In this document: one piece after another, positions 36,838 to 45,912 of the stretch | Layout of the letters: each line of letters begins with the position of its first letter | Position numbering within the stretch: position 1 is the first letter of the stretch | IMG/VR virus record: IMGVR_UViG_3300042350_002797 | Coordinates: 124,001-188,000 of that record | Strand: one strand, 5' to 3' | Length of the DNA stretch: 64,000 nt | Program-made: the position numbers and the translations under genes | The notes under the pieces: model-generated | Told to the model about the DNA's origin: nothing | Databases searched by the model: none | Seen by the model: only the letters and a program-made list of their open reading frames with translations

Positions 36838-37739
36838 TTAATATATCCTCTACTGTAGCCTTGTGGTCTGTTTAATCCATCTTCGAATGCTTGTTGCCAT
36901 TCAGTGTTGCGATTATAGCACTTAGTCCAGAATGTGTCAACTTTTAAATTATTTGTTTTTACCCAAAGCTCTGCTTCGTACATTGCATTATAAAATCCGT
37001 TATGTCTTGGACTAGGCATAGCAATAGTATTGGCATTCCAAAGTAGTTCGCTAAATGTAGTTGTGAATGATTCTTTTTCCGCAGCTATAATCCAAACGCC
37101 TTGCGGAGCCAACAGTTTACGTTTCAGCACTTCTGTGTGTTCTCTAATGTCAATAATCACATCATATTTTTCGTAACTTGGCTCTTGTACTAATACATTC
37201 TCATTTGCCCACAGTTCGTGATTGCTATTCCCCCAAACTTCAATAGTACCAAATTTGTAATAATCTAGTTTTAGTGTGTTGTAAGCAACCCAGGCAAGAA
37301 AGCCACTACCAATTATCAAACATTTAGATAGTTGTAGTATTTTGCTTTGAAGTAATGTGCTGTTTTGTTTGACAATGTTAATACCACAAGCTACTGGTTC
37401 TAAAATATATTTAGGCTCGGCGCTAGGAACTACTATAAATTCTCTAGCTCTAACATTGTAATAGTCGGCATATGCAGGCTCTCCTCGAGTCGCTACATAA
37501 TCGCCTTCTTTAACATTGAGTATTTGTCCACCAACTTTGGTAACAATACCTAATCCTTCGTGACCACTCATATGAGCAGGCAATGTAGGAAATTTGCCTG
37601 TCATCATATCTATATCACTACGGCAAACACCAGTCATAACAGCTTTAACTTCAATTTCAGTATCAGCAGGTTCTGGTTTAGTCCATTCTTCTTCTACAAA
37701 CTTACCATCACTGTATGTTCTAAGTAAACGTACTTTCAA
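36828..37739 (-). CDS. Zn-dependent (MDR) alcohol/sugar dehydrogenase
   Basis: GVCRSD, GHEG.G.V..VG, EPVAC, IIGSGF; likely TTG start at 37739 with GGAGA SD. Confidence 0.88.
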   Translation of the reverse strand: MKVRLLRTYSDGKFVEEEWTKPEPADTEIEVKAVMTGVCRSDIDMMTGKFPTLPAHMSGHEGLGIVTKVGGQILNVKEGDYVATRGEPAYADYYNVRAREFIVVPSAEPKYILEPVACGINIVKQNSTLLQSKILQLSKCLIIGSGFLAWVAYNTLKLDYYKFGTIEVWGNSNHELWANENVLVQEPSYEKYDVIIDIREHTEVLKRKLLAPQGVWIIAAEKESFTTTFSELLWNANTIAMPSPRHNGFYNAMYEAELWVKTNNLKVDTFWTKCYNRNTEWQQAFEDGLNRPQGYSRGYIKWD

Positions 37740-38611
37740 AAGTTCTCCATTCTTTCGTGAATCCAATAATCTATTGTATTTTGTTTACTCCAGAATTTGT
37801 CATTATCGAGATTACGTATTGCATCGTCGATCATACGTTCGTAAGCATCTTCTGGGCATAATCCTAATTCATATGTAAATGTGCTATTGCCGAAATCCAT
37901 TTCAATGTTACGTTTGTCTTTATCTAATGTGCGCCAGTCTGCGGTCAATTTCCATTTGTTACTAAATCGTATTTGAGCAAAGTCGTCTACATCGTATGTA
38001 CCATCTGAATTAACTGTGCCGTATTCTGTGTTTAATAAATCTTTTAAATGGTATCTCATCAAACTAGAACGATTATTCATAGCAGTAGTTAACCAGTCAG
38101 GGTTTAACGCTATATACAAGCTCAGTAAGTGAGGCATTAGATCTCTACTAACTCCACCATAAGCAAGTTTTTTTGTAGTAAACCAGCTTCCAGGACTAGG
38201 CACACGATCTTGATTTAACCAATTAAGTCTGACCCTGTCCGCCGATTGAGCAGATTCTTGTAATTCTTTGATGTTACTACGCCACATATTATTCTTCACC
38301 ATCATAAAACGTGTATCAGGAAAGGAGTGAACAAGAGTCATCCAATTACTAGCCGTGGCCACACCAGGCTTTTCGATAAACACAATTTTACATTCGTGGG
38401 AAATTTTTACAGCTAATTGAAAATGTGTAAAATTTGGTGTACAGATGTGAGCAGTATCAAAAGGGCCTCTAGCTAGTATAGCTGATACAGCATCAGGAAA
38501 GTCTGCTTTTTTACTAATATCAGAATCTACTGTTACAATCTCGGCTCCTAGATTGGTCAGTACATTTTTGTATAATTGACCGATACCCATGCCTATAATA
38601 AGACTTTTCAT
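37736..38611 (-). CDS. Gfo/Idh/MocA-family oxidoreductase
   Basis: IIGMGIG, ICTPNFTH, IEKPG, GG..RDLMPH, DVDD. Confidence 0.88.
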   Translation of the reverse strand: MKSLIIGMGIGQLYKNVLTNLGAEIVTVDSDISKKADFPDAVSAILARGPFDTAHICTPNFTHFQLAVKISHECKIVFIEKPGVATASNWMTLVHSFPDTRFMMVKNNMWRSNIKELQESAQSADRVRLNWLNQDRVPSPGSWFTTKKLAYGGVSRDLMPHLLSLYIALNPDWLTTAMNNRSSLMRYHLKDLLNTEYGTVNSDGTYDVDDFAQIRFSNKWKLTADWRTLDKDKRNIEMDFGNSTFTYELGLCPEDAYERMIDDAIRNLDNDKFWSKQNTIDYWIHERMENF

Positions 38612-39111
38612 TGAATTTTAAGTTCTTCTCTAAGAATGTTTTCTACTAATTCGTTTAGAGTAATATCTTGTTCGTGCGCAATTCTGAAAAGTTTATTTAA
38701 TAAATTGTCTGGAAGGTCTAATGGTACTTGCACACGTTCATCATAATCGATACCCATAACAATATGTGTAGCTTTTTCTATGATGTCATCAGCTAAATCA
38801 ATATCTACAAAGTTAACATGATCATATGCTTCTTTAACATCTACACCTCTGGTTTTAGATTCGTTATTATGTGCTTCTCTAAATTCAGGATGTATCCACC
38901 GATAACTGTTTTCTTTATCATAATCGTGTGCTTCGAATTTATATACAGTAGTAGTTTTAGTATCAAATACAATACCGATACTAAAACCGTCGTGATCTCC
39001 ATTCCAGCAATCTAATGCATGAGCGTTCGGACCAAAACAGTTCCATAGATAGTCGCTTCCTTCAGTGATACGATAATCTACACATTCCATAAAATCTTTA
39101 ATTGTAATCAT
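38608..39111 (-). CDS. Hypothetical protein with C-terminal ribbon-helix-helix-like segment
   Basis: VPLDLPDNLLNKLFRIAHEQDITLNELVENILRE. Confidence 0.6.
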   Translation of the reverse strand: MITIKDFMECVDYRITEGSDYLWNCFGPNAHALDCWNGDHDGFSIGIVFDTKTTTVYKFEAHDYDKENSYRWIHPEFREAHNNESKTRGVDVKEAYDHVNFVDIDLADDIIEKATHIVMGIDYDERVQVPLDLPDNLLNKLFRIAHEQDITLNELVENILREELKIQ

Positions 39112-39353
39112 TTTACATTTTCCTCATACTGTTTAAAAAGTCTAGTTACTGGTTCCATTCTTTCTTGAAAAATATCAGGACTTGTTTGAGATGTTTTATT
39201 CATATCATAATAATCAGGATAGTGTCGTAGACACCATCTTGCTTCATCTCTGATAATTTTAGGAACTCGGGGAGTATGCTGTGGGTTACACAAGTTTACT
39301 AACAGCTCTCTTGTTCTAAGCACAGCTCGAAATCTTTCATCTGGCAAAGTCAT
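39108..39353 (-). CDS. Small conserved phage protein
   Basis: MTLPDER.RAV...TPRVPK.IR..A...LRHYP motif. Confidence 0.65.
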   Translation of the reverse strand: MTLPDERFRAVLRTRELLVNLCNPQHTPRVPKIIRDEARWCLRHYPDYYDMNKTSQTSPDIFQERMEPVTRLFKQYEENVK

Positions 39354-40894
39354 TTTATACTTTCTTCAAGTTCATCAAGTTTATCTTCGGAAAAGTCTTC
39401 AACGACGTCAGATTGTACATTATCATTATCATTATCGTCAAAGAATTTGGCAAAATTGGTATTTGCGTTTATAGTGCGTTTTCCTGTGTAACCTCTAGTG
39501 CCAGGAATTGCCATCCAAAACTTACTAAATTCTTCTACGATTTGATCAGCAACTCCTCTATCACTAGTTGCAAAAATTGCATCTATTACGTCTTTAAAAA
39601 AGATTCTATCAAATTTTTCTTGAACTAGCATACCAGGACATAAACCCGCATCATATTGTCGATTGGCTTCTTGAACAGAACTAAGATGCATCCAAACATT
39701 ATGCCCCATGAGAATAGCATAAGTGAAACTATCCCAACTAGTTTTATTTTCTTTACCCATCCTATTTAGGTTACCAGGAGCGTAAACACAAACTTCGTTA
39801 GTTTTAACACCATCTAATACAGGGCTATTTTCTACATACTTGAATATCCCATCTTGAATTAATGTATCTCTAAATAATCTTGTATCTGTTGCGTATTGTT
39901 TATTATCTAAAGTAGGTAACATTCTATATAACCACTTCTTACGATCTTCAATTTCTGTCTGTATGTACATTTGGCCATTAGCAGTGGCCAAAAATGGACT
40001 TGCACAATCAAAACTAATAGTAAAGTTTTCATTATGATATTTTCTTACAGCACGTTGAATATCGGTAAGTAATAATGCCCATTCCAATTTACTTGTTCCT
40101 AAGAAGTGCATCCAGTCTTGTTTACCTTTTTCTAATAAACCGTCAAATCTTAAAGATACAAGTCTTTTCAAAGTGAGATGCAAATCGCACATATTTTGTC
40201 CACCCATAGCCCAACCGTTAAAATGTGCATCTGGAAATACCTTCGGATCGCAATAGTGTTTCATACGTTGATACCAATCTTCAGCATCTGAATGATTTTC
40301 ACCTTGTAACACGTTTAAAAATTTACAATTACCATTTCGATTTTTAATAAAGTAGTCATTATTTAGATATGTGCCTTGAACTGCTTCCATATAGGAATTA
40401 ATTTTACTAGCAGCAGCGCCTTCAGGACTACGAGCTACCCAAGCAGGAATATCTAAACACATTCCATAATCCATTAGACTGTCCATCCAAGTCAATACTT
40501 GACTACGTTTTTTCTGTGCAGCCGGACAATTAGGATCTTTCCAGTCGGCTTCCCACTTTCCTTTACCTATCTGGAATCCTCCAGAGTCCCCAAGAACCCA
40601 ACTGTCTCCATTTCTTGGACGATTCCTGAACATAGATTCTCTATCATCATTTTTAGCTAAATCTAAATTTGCGTGACCAGCAGAATATAAACACCACTTA
40701 TAATAGAATAATCCTTTTTGAGGATCTAGATAATTAAGTCCTTCGACATCGTTAATAAAGTTTTGTGGTATTCTGCTAGGTTGTACATAAGGATATCTAT
40801 GTCTCTGATATCCAATGAACGATGCATAAAAGCCGCTAGTAGCAGGTAAAAATAATGCATAATCGTTTTGTGTGGCAGTTAAATCTGTATTCAT
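39350..40894 (-). CDS. dpdA: tRNA-guanine transglycosylase-like DNA base-exchange enzyme (DpdA family)
   Basis: GDSGGFQ, LDIP, NVLQG, GWAMGG, HFLG, FDCASP, late HN; context of queE/folE and of clamp/polymerase. Confidence 0.82.
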   Translation of the reverse strand: MNTDLTATQNDYALFLPATSGFYASFIGYQRHRYPYVQPSRIPQNFINDVEGLNYLDPQKGLFYYKWCLYSAGHANLDLAKNDDRESMFRNRPRNGDSWVLGDSGGFQIGKGKWEADWKDPNCPAAQKKRSQVLTWMDSLMDYGMCLDIPAWVARSPEGAAASKINSYMEAVQGTYLNNDYFIKNRNGNCKFLNVLQGENHSDAEDWYQRMKHYCDPKVFPDAHFNGWAMGGQNMCDLHLTLKRLVSLRFDGLLEKGKQDWMHFLGTSKLEWALLLTDIQRAVRKYHNENFTISFDCASPFLATANGQMYIQTEIEDRKKWLYRMLPTLDNKQYATDTRLFRDTLIQDGIFKYVENSPVLDGVKTNEVCVYAPGNLNRMGKENKTSWDSFTYAILMGHNVWMHLSSVQEANRQYDAGLCPGMLVQEKFDRIFFKDVIDAIFATSDRGVADQIVEEFSKFWMAIPGTRGYTGKRTINANTNFAKFFDDNDNDNVQSDVVEDFSEDKLDELEESIK

Positions 40895-41379
40895 TTTGCC
40901 TCTAATTTTTCTAACAATGATCCTACTTGTACATCTATCTGATTCATAGCTTGTGCTTTAAATGTATCTGAAGTGCTAGATCCGCTTATGATAGTTCCAG
41001 GAGGTATAGTACCAGGCAATGTAGTAGGCCAATGAGTTTGCCCAGGATGTACAGGAGGATTAGTACCGGTCCATGGTCCAGAAGGCACAGCAGTTCCTGG
41101 AGATGTTATTGTTGTAGGTGCATAAGTTGATCTATATGCTCCTGCATTTTCTAAATTACTTAATCGTCTAGTAATATTATTAATATCATCTACTATTCTA
41201 CGTAATGGACCTTTACGTAGTCCTTCAGGATTTTGTTGTGCATTAACCATAGCACTAATTAACACTAAATTTTTTAGTGCTCGTTGTACTGCCGGATTAT
41301 CTGAACTCATTGCTGTATCAAATAAATCCACAAATGTTTCTAAATCAAAATCTGCTTGATCTTTTTCTCTCATTCCCAT
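40891..41379 (-). CDS. Hypothetical protein with P/T/G-rich C-terminal half
   Basis: Likely start ATG 41379 (TAATG); NPAVQRAL helix. Confidence 0.6.
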   Translation of the reverse strand: MGMREKDQADFDLETFVDLFDTAMSSDNPAVQRALKNLVLISAMVNAQQNPEGLRKGPLRRIVDDINNITRRLSNLENAGAYRSTYAPTTITSPGTAVPSGPWTGTNPPVHPGQTHWPTTLPGTIPPGTIISGSSTSDTFKAQAMNQIDVQVGSLLEKLEAK

Positions 41380-41582
41380 TATTGCCTTCCCCATTTAATT
41401 TTTAACCATATACGTTCGTGTATGTAATAATCGATACTCAAAAGTATATGCAGTGCTGTAGCAAACCCTGTACTTTTTGCTACATCACCTATAAATAACC
41501 AAGTCCAAAAGATAGTGAATAACCAAGCAGTGATTCTATATGTTATCATTCGCACTATAGTTCGTGTTTTTGTTTCAATCAT
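41379..41582 (-). CDS. Small membrane protein (DUF2061-like)
   Basis: RT+.R..TYR...two hydrophobic segments...YYIHERIW..+.WG. Confidence 0.7.
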   Translation of the reverse strand: MIETKTRTIVRMITYRITAWLFTIFWTWLFIGDVAKSTGFATALHILLSIDYYIHERIWLKIKWGRQ

Positions 41583-42322
41583 TTTGTATGTGCTGGCAAA
41601 ATGTAATCATAACTGGCTAAACCGCTGTTTACTGTGATCATCATTGCACCTGCATCTGCAATTTTCATTACTTTATCTCCGTCTAGACTAAGAATGTTTA
41701 GCACTTGAGAAATCGGCCAACTCCATACTTGTTTCAATTTTCCAGTTACACCTGCTTCAAAAATAAAACTTCCTGCATGAGTACTTGCATCTCCAAAGAA
41801 GAATACTAAGTTTCCATTTTCAGTTTTTACTTGAAATACAGGTTCTTCACTATGCACTTGAGACTGTAATTTTAATCTTGTAATAGCAGCTAAACTAGGT
41901 TCTAATTCTATATCCCAACTTGCTCCTTTAAATTTCACAGTTTTTAATTTTTCATTAATAATTTGTTGATTCATAAATCTGTAATCATTAACAAAGTCTC
42001 CTGTACTATTTTCAAAGTGTAAACTTACAGGAATTTCTTCACCATTTCTTTCTGCTATAATTACTTCGATTTTAGCATTTTCTTTATATTCAGGATTTCT
42101 TAAATGCAAACTTAGCTTATCTAAGTTAGGCATACCGAATGTTCCAGTAAATTCAGTCACAGGGCTATTAGTTTTAGCATTGATAATTACGCTACGATCT
42201 TCTGCCATAGACTCAATAATAGTTTCTGCTTCGTTTCCAGTAATTTTAACTAAAGGAATATTTCCTAAAGTATGTGTATGACTTACAATGTCTGTTAAAA
42301 TATCTTTCATTTTATTCTCCAT
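41579..42322 (-). CDS. DNA polymerase sliding clamp (gp45-like)
   Basis: About 245 aa directly downstream of the polymerase; FGMPNL, YRFM, terminal YILPA. Confidence 0.7.
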   Translation of the reverse strand: MENKMKDILTDIVSHTHTLGNIPLVKITGNEAETIIESMAEDRSVIINAKTNSPVTEFTGTFGMPNLDKLSLHLRNPEYKENAKIEVIIAERNGEEIPVSLHFENSTGDFVNDYRFMNQQIINEKLKTVKFKGASWDIELEPSLAAITRLKLQSQVHSEEPVFQVKTENGNLVFFFGDASTHAGSFIFEAGVTGKLKQVWSWPISQVLNILSLDGDKVMKIADAGAMMITVNSGLASYDYILPAHTK

Positions 42323-42336
42323 AAGGTTATTTAGGT

Positions 42337-45000
42337 TTACATTTCGAAAAGACTATTAAATGTATTCTTTTCTTCGGTACTTCTGATGTTCCAATTTAAA
42401 ACACCAATAAGATTTTCTAATTTTTTATCGATGATAGTTGCCTCCATTTCTCCATGATCGAATGGCAAATCTTTAAACCATTGCGGCAAACGTAATTCAT
42501 CAACCGGGTATGCTACACTAGAATACTCTAAAGGGTTATCTTTTAATTTACACACAATAACTTTAGCTCCGTCTGTAATATTCATACTGTATTTGTCATC
42601 GAACATACGTTTTAATGTGTTCCAATTAATGCTAGCACGAACATGTCCTGGCATATTGGCCTTTCCTTGCCTTTCTTCTTTATTTTGATATTCCGTGATA
42701 TTATTTGCACGTTTGGGAGAACCTTTCTCCCAGCCAGGGCGAGCCTTAAATGCGATTCTAAATTCACTAATAAAATCTAAAACTTCTCTTTCAGAAGATC
42801 CAGTTAATACCATTTCTAACACATCACTTAAGAAGTCTTGAATAAATTCTGGAGTATCGCTGCGTTTTAGATCTAACCCCATGGCCTTAATTTTACCAGG
42901 CTTACCGTCTACGTCTACTCGTTTGCCTTCTTTATCATAATAAAGAACAGCATAACGTTTTTTTGTAATAAACAATGCTTTAGATCCGACAATTTCTCTT
43001 CCTGCCTTTATAACTTCTCCTCTACTAGTAGGACAATGAAATACATCTTGCATAAATTTAGGAAAAGTTTTATTAACTTCTTCTCCAATTTGATCATACA
43101 ATGACGTTATGGTTTCTTTTGACCACGGAATTTTTCCAGCGTCGATATCCTTTTTAAGCGTCTTATAAGCAGAAAAATAACAACTATCAGTATCGCCGTA
43201 GATAATAGCTTTTCCAACATGATTATATTCTCCTGTTATAATTTCATTTACTTTACTGGCCATGTGTTTGGCAATTTGTCTACCAACTAGTGTAGTACTT
43301 TGTCCAATTCGTTTATCAAAGAATCTGCAACCAGGATTAAGAATAGCACCATACAAACTGTTCAAGTTAATTTTTTTAACTAGTTGTCGTTTATCCCAAT
43401 ACTCTTCTTCGATCTTATTTCCGTTAGAAATACATTCTTTTAGTTTTGCCTGCATTTCTTTACGTTCCGCATACCATCGTTTTAATAATCCAGGTATAAT
43501 ACCTTCTTTTTCATATGTAAAGATTGTACCATTACTGCTTAACATAAATGGCTGATTACTTTCGAATATTAATTTATAAACTTCAGCAGCACTTAAAATG
43601 TCATGAGTATCATCTTCCCAGTCAATAACAACCTCTGTTCCTATTTCTTTATTCATTACAGCTTCATATTCGAGAGAACCAAATTTTCCCTCCCAACTAG
43701 CTGCGAAGCTTTTTCCTTTGGCCATTAAATTTTGTATGTATTCTTCGGTCATAGTTTGACGTAATTGTCCAACAATAGTTTCTGGCCCCATATTAAGCGC
43801 ACGAATAGCACTCGGGTATAGACTGTTAATATCCAGACTTCCTACCCAATCTTGTAATCCTTCTTTAGGATAAGCAACATATGCACCGGCAGCAGCAGTG
43901 TCTTCACGTTCACTCATCTTTGTTCTATTAGGAACTTGAAATCCTCTTCGATGTGCTTCATTGATAATAGCTTGCTCTGTAACAGCTACCGCACCCATAG
44001 TTGTTTGTAGAAGTACAGTATTTTCATGAGCCAGTTTGTTACTTAAATCTAAGAATTTTAATTTTTTATCTAACTTATCAAGCAGCGCACAGTCTTGTCT
44101 ATTGTATCGTATAAATTCTTTGAAGTCATTGTTATACAATTGATCTAACGTACCTTCGTACGGGACTTTTCTTTCACCAAGTTCATATTCCGCGATGGCA
44201 TCCAATCTATAGGAATGTCTTTCTTCGTAAGTATATTTGCGGTATAGTTCGAGGTAGTCAAGGTGTACCCGTCCAACCAAGTCATAGGTTTGTGCTGTTT
44301 TTCCGTAACGTTCATATTCTCTCTTTCTAGGATGTAGATTCCATAGACAAAATCTTCGTGTGTCGTCTTTGCTTAGGGTTTTAGTTACTCGATTCACGGT
44401 ATATGGAATATCGAATCCTTCACTATTCCAGCCACTTAATATATCTGCATCTTGTATTAAATTAAGAAAAGTATCTAACATATCTGCTTCGTTATCAAAC
44501 AAATGAGTGTTAGGAAATTCTTCAACAAGCTTTTTAGCATCTTCCATACTGACACCCTTTGGAGGAATAGCCAAACAAACCATAGTTTCTAGCCATTGAA
44601 GATATACTGCTATAGCAGTAATCGGCATAAAAGCATCGTCGGGGCTTGCATAACCTCTTTCAGGATCGAAGTCTACTTCAATATCGAAAAATGCTGCATT
44701 TAGCTTAGGAGCGTCTTGTCCTAAGTAATGCTCGCTTAGAGATACAAATATAGGGTTAATATCTGCTTCGTACAGAGTTTGATTACTATGTATTTTTAGT
44801 TCTTTGTGAAAATCTTTGCTAGTTTTGCAAACGATTCTACTTAGGGGATCCCCATAGATGCTGGTAAATTTACCTCGAGCATCCGGGTAATAAAAAGTGT
44901 ATTTTACTGGATATTCTTTGAAAACTCTTTTACCATGTTCATTGCGTTCAACAATATGTATGATATCAGAGTCGCGGTTAAAGTATGCGTCTACGTACAT
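42337..45000 (-). CDS. Family B DNA polymerase (T4 gp43-like)
   Basis: Exonuclease motifs FFDIE, GWNS..FD, YN..D; polymerase motifs DINSLYPS, K..LNSLYG, YGDTDS, KKRY. No intein seen. Confidence 0.97.
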   Translation of the reverse strand: MYVDAYFNRDSDIIHIVERNEHGKRVFKEYPVKYTFYYPDARGKFTSIYGDPLSRIVCKTSKDFHKELKIHSNQTLYEADINPIFVSLSEHYLGQDAPKLNAAFFDIEVDFDPERGYASPDDAFMPITAIAVYLQWLETMVCLAIPPKGVSMEDAKKLVEEFPNTHLFDNEADMLDTFLNLIQDADILSGWNSEGFDIPYTVNRVTKTLSKDDTRRFCLWNLHPRKREYERYGKTAQTYDLVGRVHLDYLELYRKYTYEERHSYRLDAIAEYELGERKVPYEGTLDQLYNNDFKEFIRYNRQDCALLDKLDKKLKFLDLSNKLAHENTVLLQTTMGAVAVTEQAIINEAHRRGFQVPNRTKMSEREDTAAAGAYVAYPKEGLQDWVGSLDINSLYPSAIRALNMGPETIVGQLRQTMTEEYIQNLMAKGKSFAASWEGKFGSLEYEAVMNKEIGTEVVIDWEDDTHDILSAAEVYKLIFESNQPFMLSSNGTIFTYEKEGIIPGLLKRWYAERKEMQAKLKECISNGNKIEEEYWDKRQLVKKINLNSLYGAILNPGCRFFDKRIGQSTTLVGRQIAKHMASKVNEIITGEYNHVGKAIIYGDTDSCYFSAYKTLKKDIDAGKIPWSKETITSLYDQIGEEVNKTFPKFMQDVFHCPTSRGEVIKAGREIVGSKALFITKKRYAVLYYDKEGKRVDVDGKPGKIKAMGLDLKRSDTPEFIQDFLSDVLEMVLTGSSEREVLDFISEFRIAFKARPGWEKGSPKRANNITEYQNKEERQGKANMPGHVRASINWNTLKRMFDDKYSMNITDGAKVIVCKLKDNPLEYSSVAYPVDELRLPQWFKDLPFDHGEMEATIIDKKLENLIGVLNWNIRSTEEKNTFNSLFEM

Positions 45001-45011
45001 TAATTCTCCTA

Positions 45012-45059
45012 TACCATTTGTGGCTGGTAAATACCAAAATAATCATTTATGGCTGATTA
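45012..45059 (-). promoter_or_regulatory. Twin stem-loops upstream of the polymerase SD (candidate translational operator)
   Basis: TAATCA-GCCATAAA-TGATTA and TACCA-GCCACAAA-TGGTA, then T-AGGAGA-ATTA-ATG. Confidence 0.65.
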
Positions 45060-45214
45060 GACCTTGCTCTGAGATATTTAGCAAAATTACTTATAAGGTC
45101 AGAAATTTTTTCACATAAAATAGCAATGTTAAGACCAATATCTAAAAGTATAAACATTACTAGACCCATGCCAATCCAACTTAAGAGTATTTCGAATAGT
45201 ATCTGAGCTATCAT
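45047..45214 (-). CDS. Small membrane protein (55 aa, not in ORF track)
   Basis: MIAQILFEILLSWIGMGLVMFILLDIGLNIAILCEKISDLISNFAKYLRARSNQP*; ATGA overlap with the upstream gene. Confidence 0.5.
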   Translation of the reverse strand: MIAQILFEILLSWIGMGLVMFILLDIGLNIAILCEKISDLISNFAKYLRARSNQP

Positions 45215-45495
45215 AACATTCTTACTAGACCTACAATATCAATGGTAACTAACAACATATAATTTGCTAACATCCCAAACGACCTGCGAGTCCAAGCTGC
45301 CCAAGCGTACATAGAACAACCGCTAATCCAAATAGGATAAAGAATAAGCAACGGCGGATTAGGGACGGTTGCTGCCATAGCGATACTACAACCAATACTA
45401 AGGACCCAAGCAAACAACTCGACAGTAAAACGTATACGATTAGATCGCCAATCATCTTTTATCCATTGAAATATGTTATAAACAATATCGTTCAT
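45211..45495 (-). CDS. Small multi-pass membrane protein
   Basis: Three hydrophobic segments in 94 aa. Confidence 0.7.
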   Translation of the reverse strand: MNDIVYNIFQWIKDDWRSNRIRFTVELFAWVLSIGCSIAMAATVPNPPLLILYPIWISGCSMYAWAAWTRRSFGMLANYMLLVTIDIVGLVRML

Positions 45496-45758
45496 TAGTC
45501 TTGAGGCAAGTTTTTAGTAACTCCTAGGATAGTTTCGATCTCATCCCATTCTTCTTCGTGTACCTTCCAGTTATCTTTATGAGCAATTTTGATTGCTTTG
45601 TTGATAATACTAGGTTTAACATTTAATTCTTCTGCAACTGCTTTAACGGTTTCTTTAAGACCTTCTTGTAAATCTTCGATTTCCCTTAAAACGGTTGATC
45701 CTTCATTAATCAATCGTTCTAGTTTAGATTTTTCTTCGGGTCCATACATTCTACTCAT
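45495..45758 (-). CDS. Small dsDNA-binding protein (T4 DsbA/GapR-like)
   Basis: Helical L.E+EDL.EGLKE.VK..AEEL..KP..+NKAIK+AHK; first gene after a consensus promoter. Confidence 0.6.
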   Translation of the reverse strand: MSRMYGPEEKSKLERLINEGSTVLREIEDLQEGLKETVKAVAEELNVKPSIINKAIKIAHKDNWKVHEEEWDEIETILGVTKNLPQD

Positions 45759-45780
45759 AGCATACTCCTATAAAAGCTTT

Positions 45781-45809
45781 ATTATAAGTTAGTAAATTTA
45801 TAATGTCAA
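45781..45809 (-). promoter_or_regulatory. Consensus sigma70 promoter for the replication operon
   Basis: TTGACA-17 nt-TATAAT. Confidence 0.85.
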
Positions 45810-45826
45810 TGTTTATTATATTTTTG

Positions 45827-45850
45827 TTAACCAAAAATTTAACCAAAAAT
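45827..45850. repeat. Tandem 12-bp direct repeat between divergent promoters
   Basis: TTAACCAAAAAT x2, abutting the -35 box of the + strand promoter. Confidence 0.75.
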
Positions 45851-45851
45851 C

Positions 45852-45880
45852 TTGATTTATTTTGTATTCGAACTTATAAT
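45852..45880 (+). promoter_or_regulatory. sigma70 promoter
   Basis: TTGATT-17 nt-TATAAT upstream of ATG 45913. Confidence 0.7.
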
Positions 45881-45912
45881 ACTTGGACTGTGTTAACTTT
45901 CTTACTTACATT

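Noticed and set aside
39350-40894. Canonical tRNA-modifying Tgt for queuosine
   Set aside because: Lacks the C-terminal CxCxxC zinc motif of bacterial Tgt; no queA/queF or tRNA genes in the window; sits beside replication genes, so DpdA-type is preferred.
42337-45000. Intein or intron in the DNA polymerase
   Set aside because: Normal length with contiguous motifs; no splicing signatures seen.
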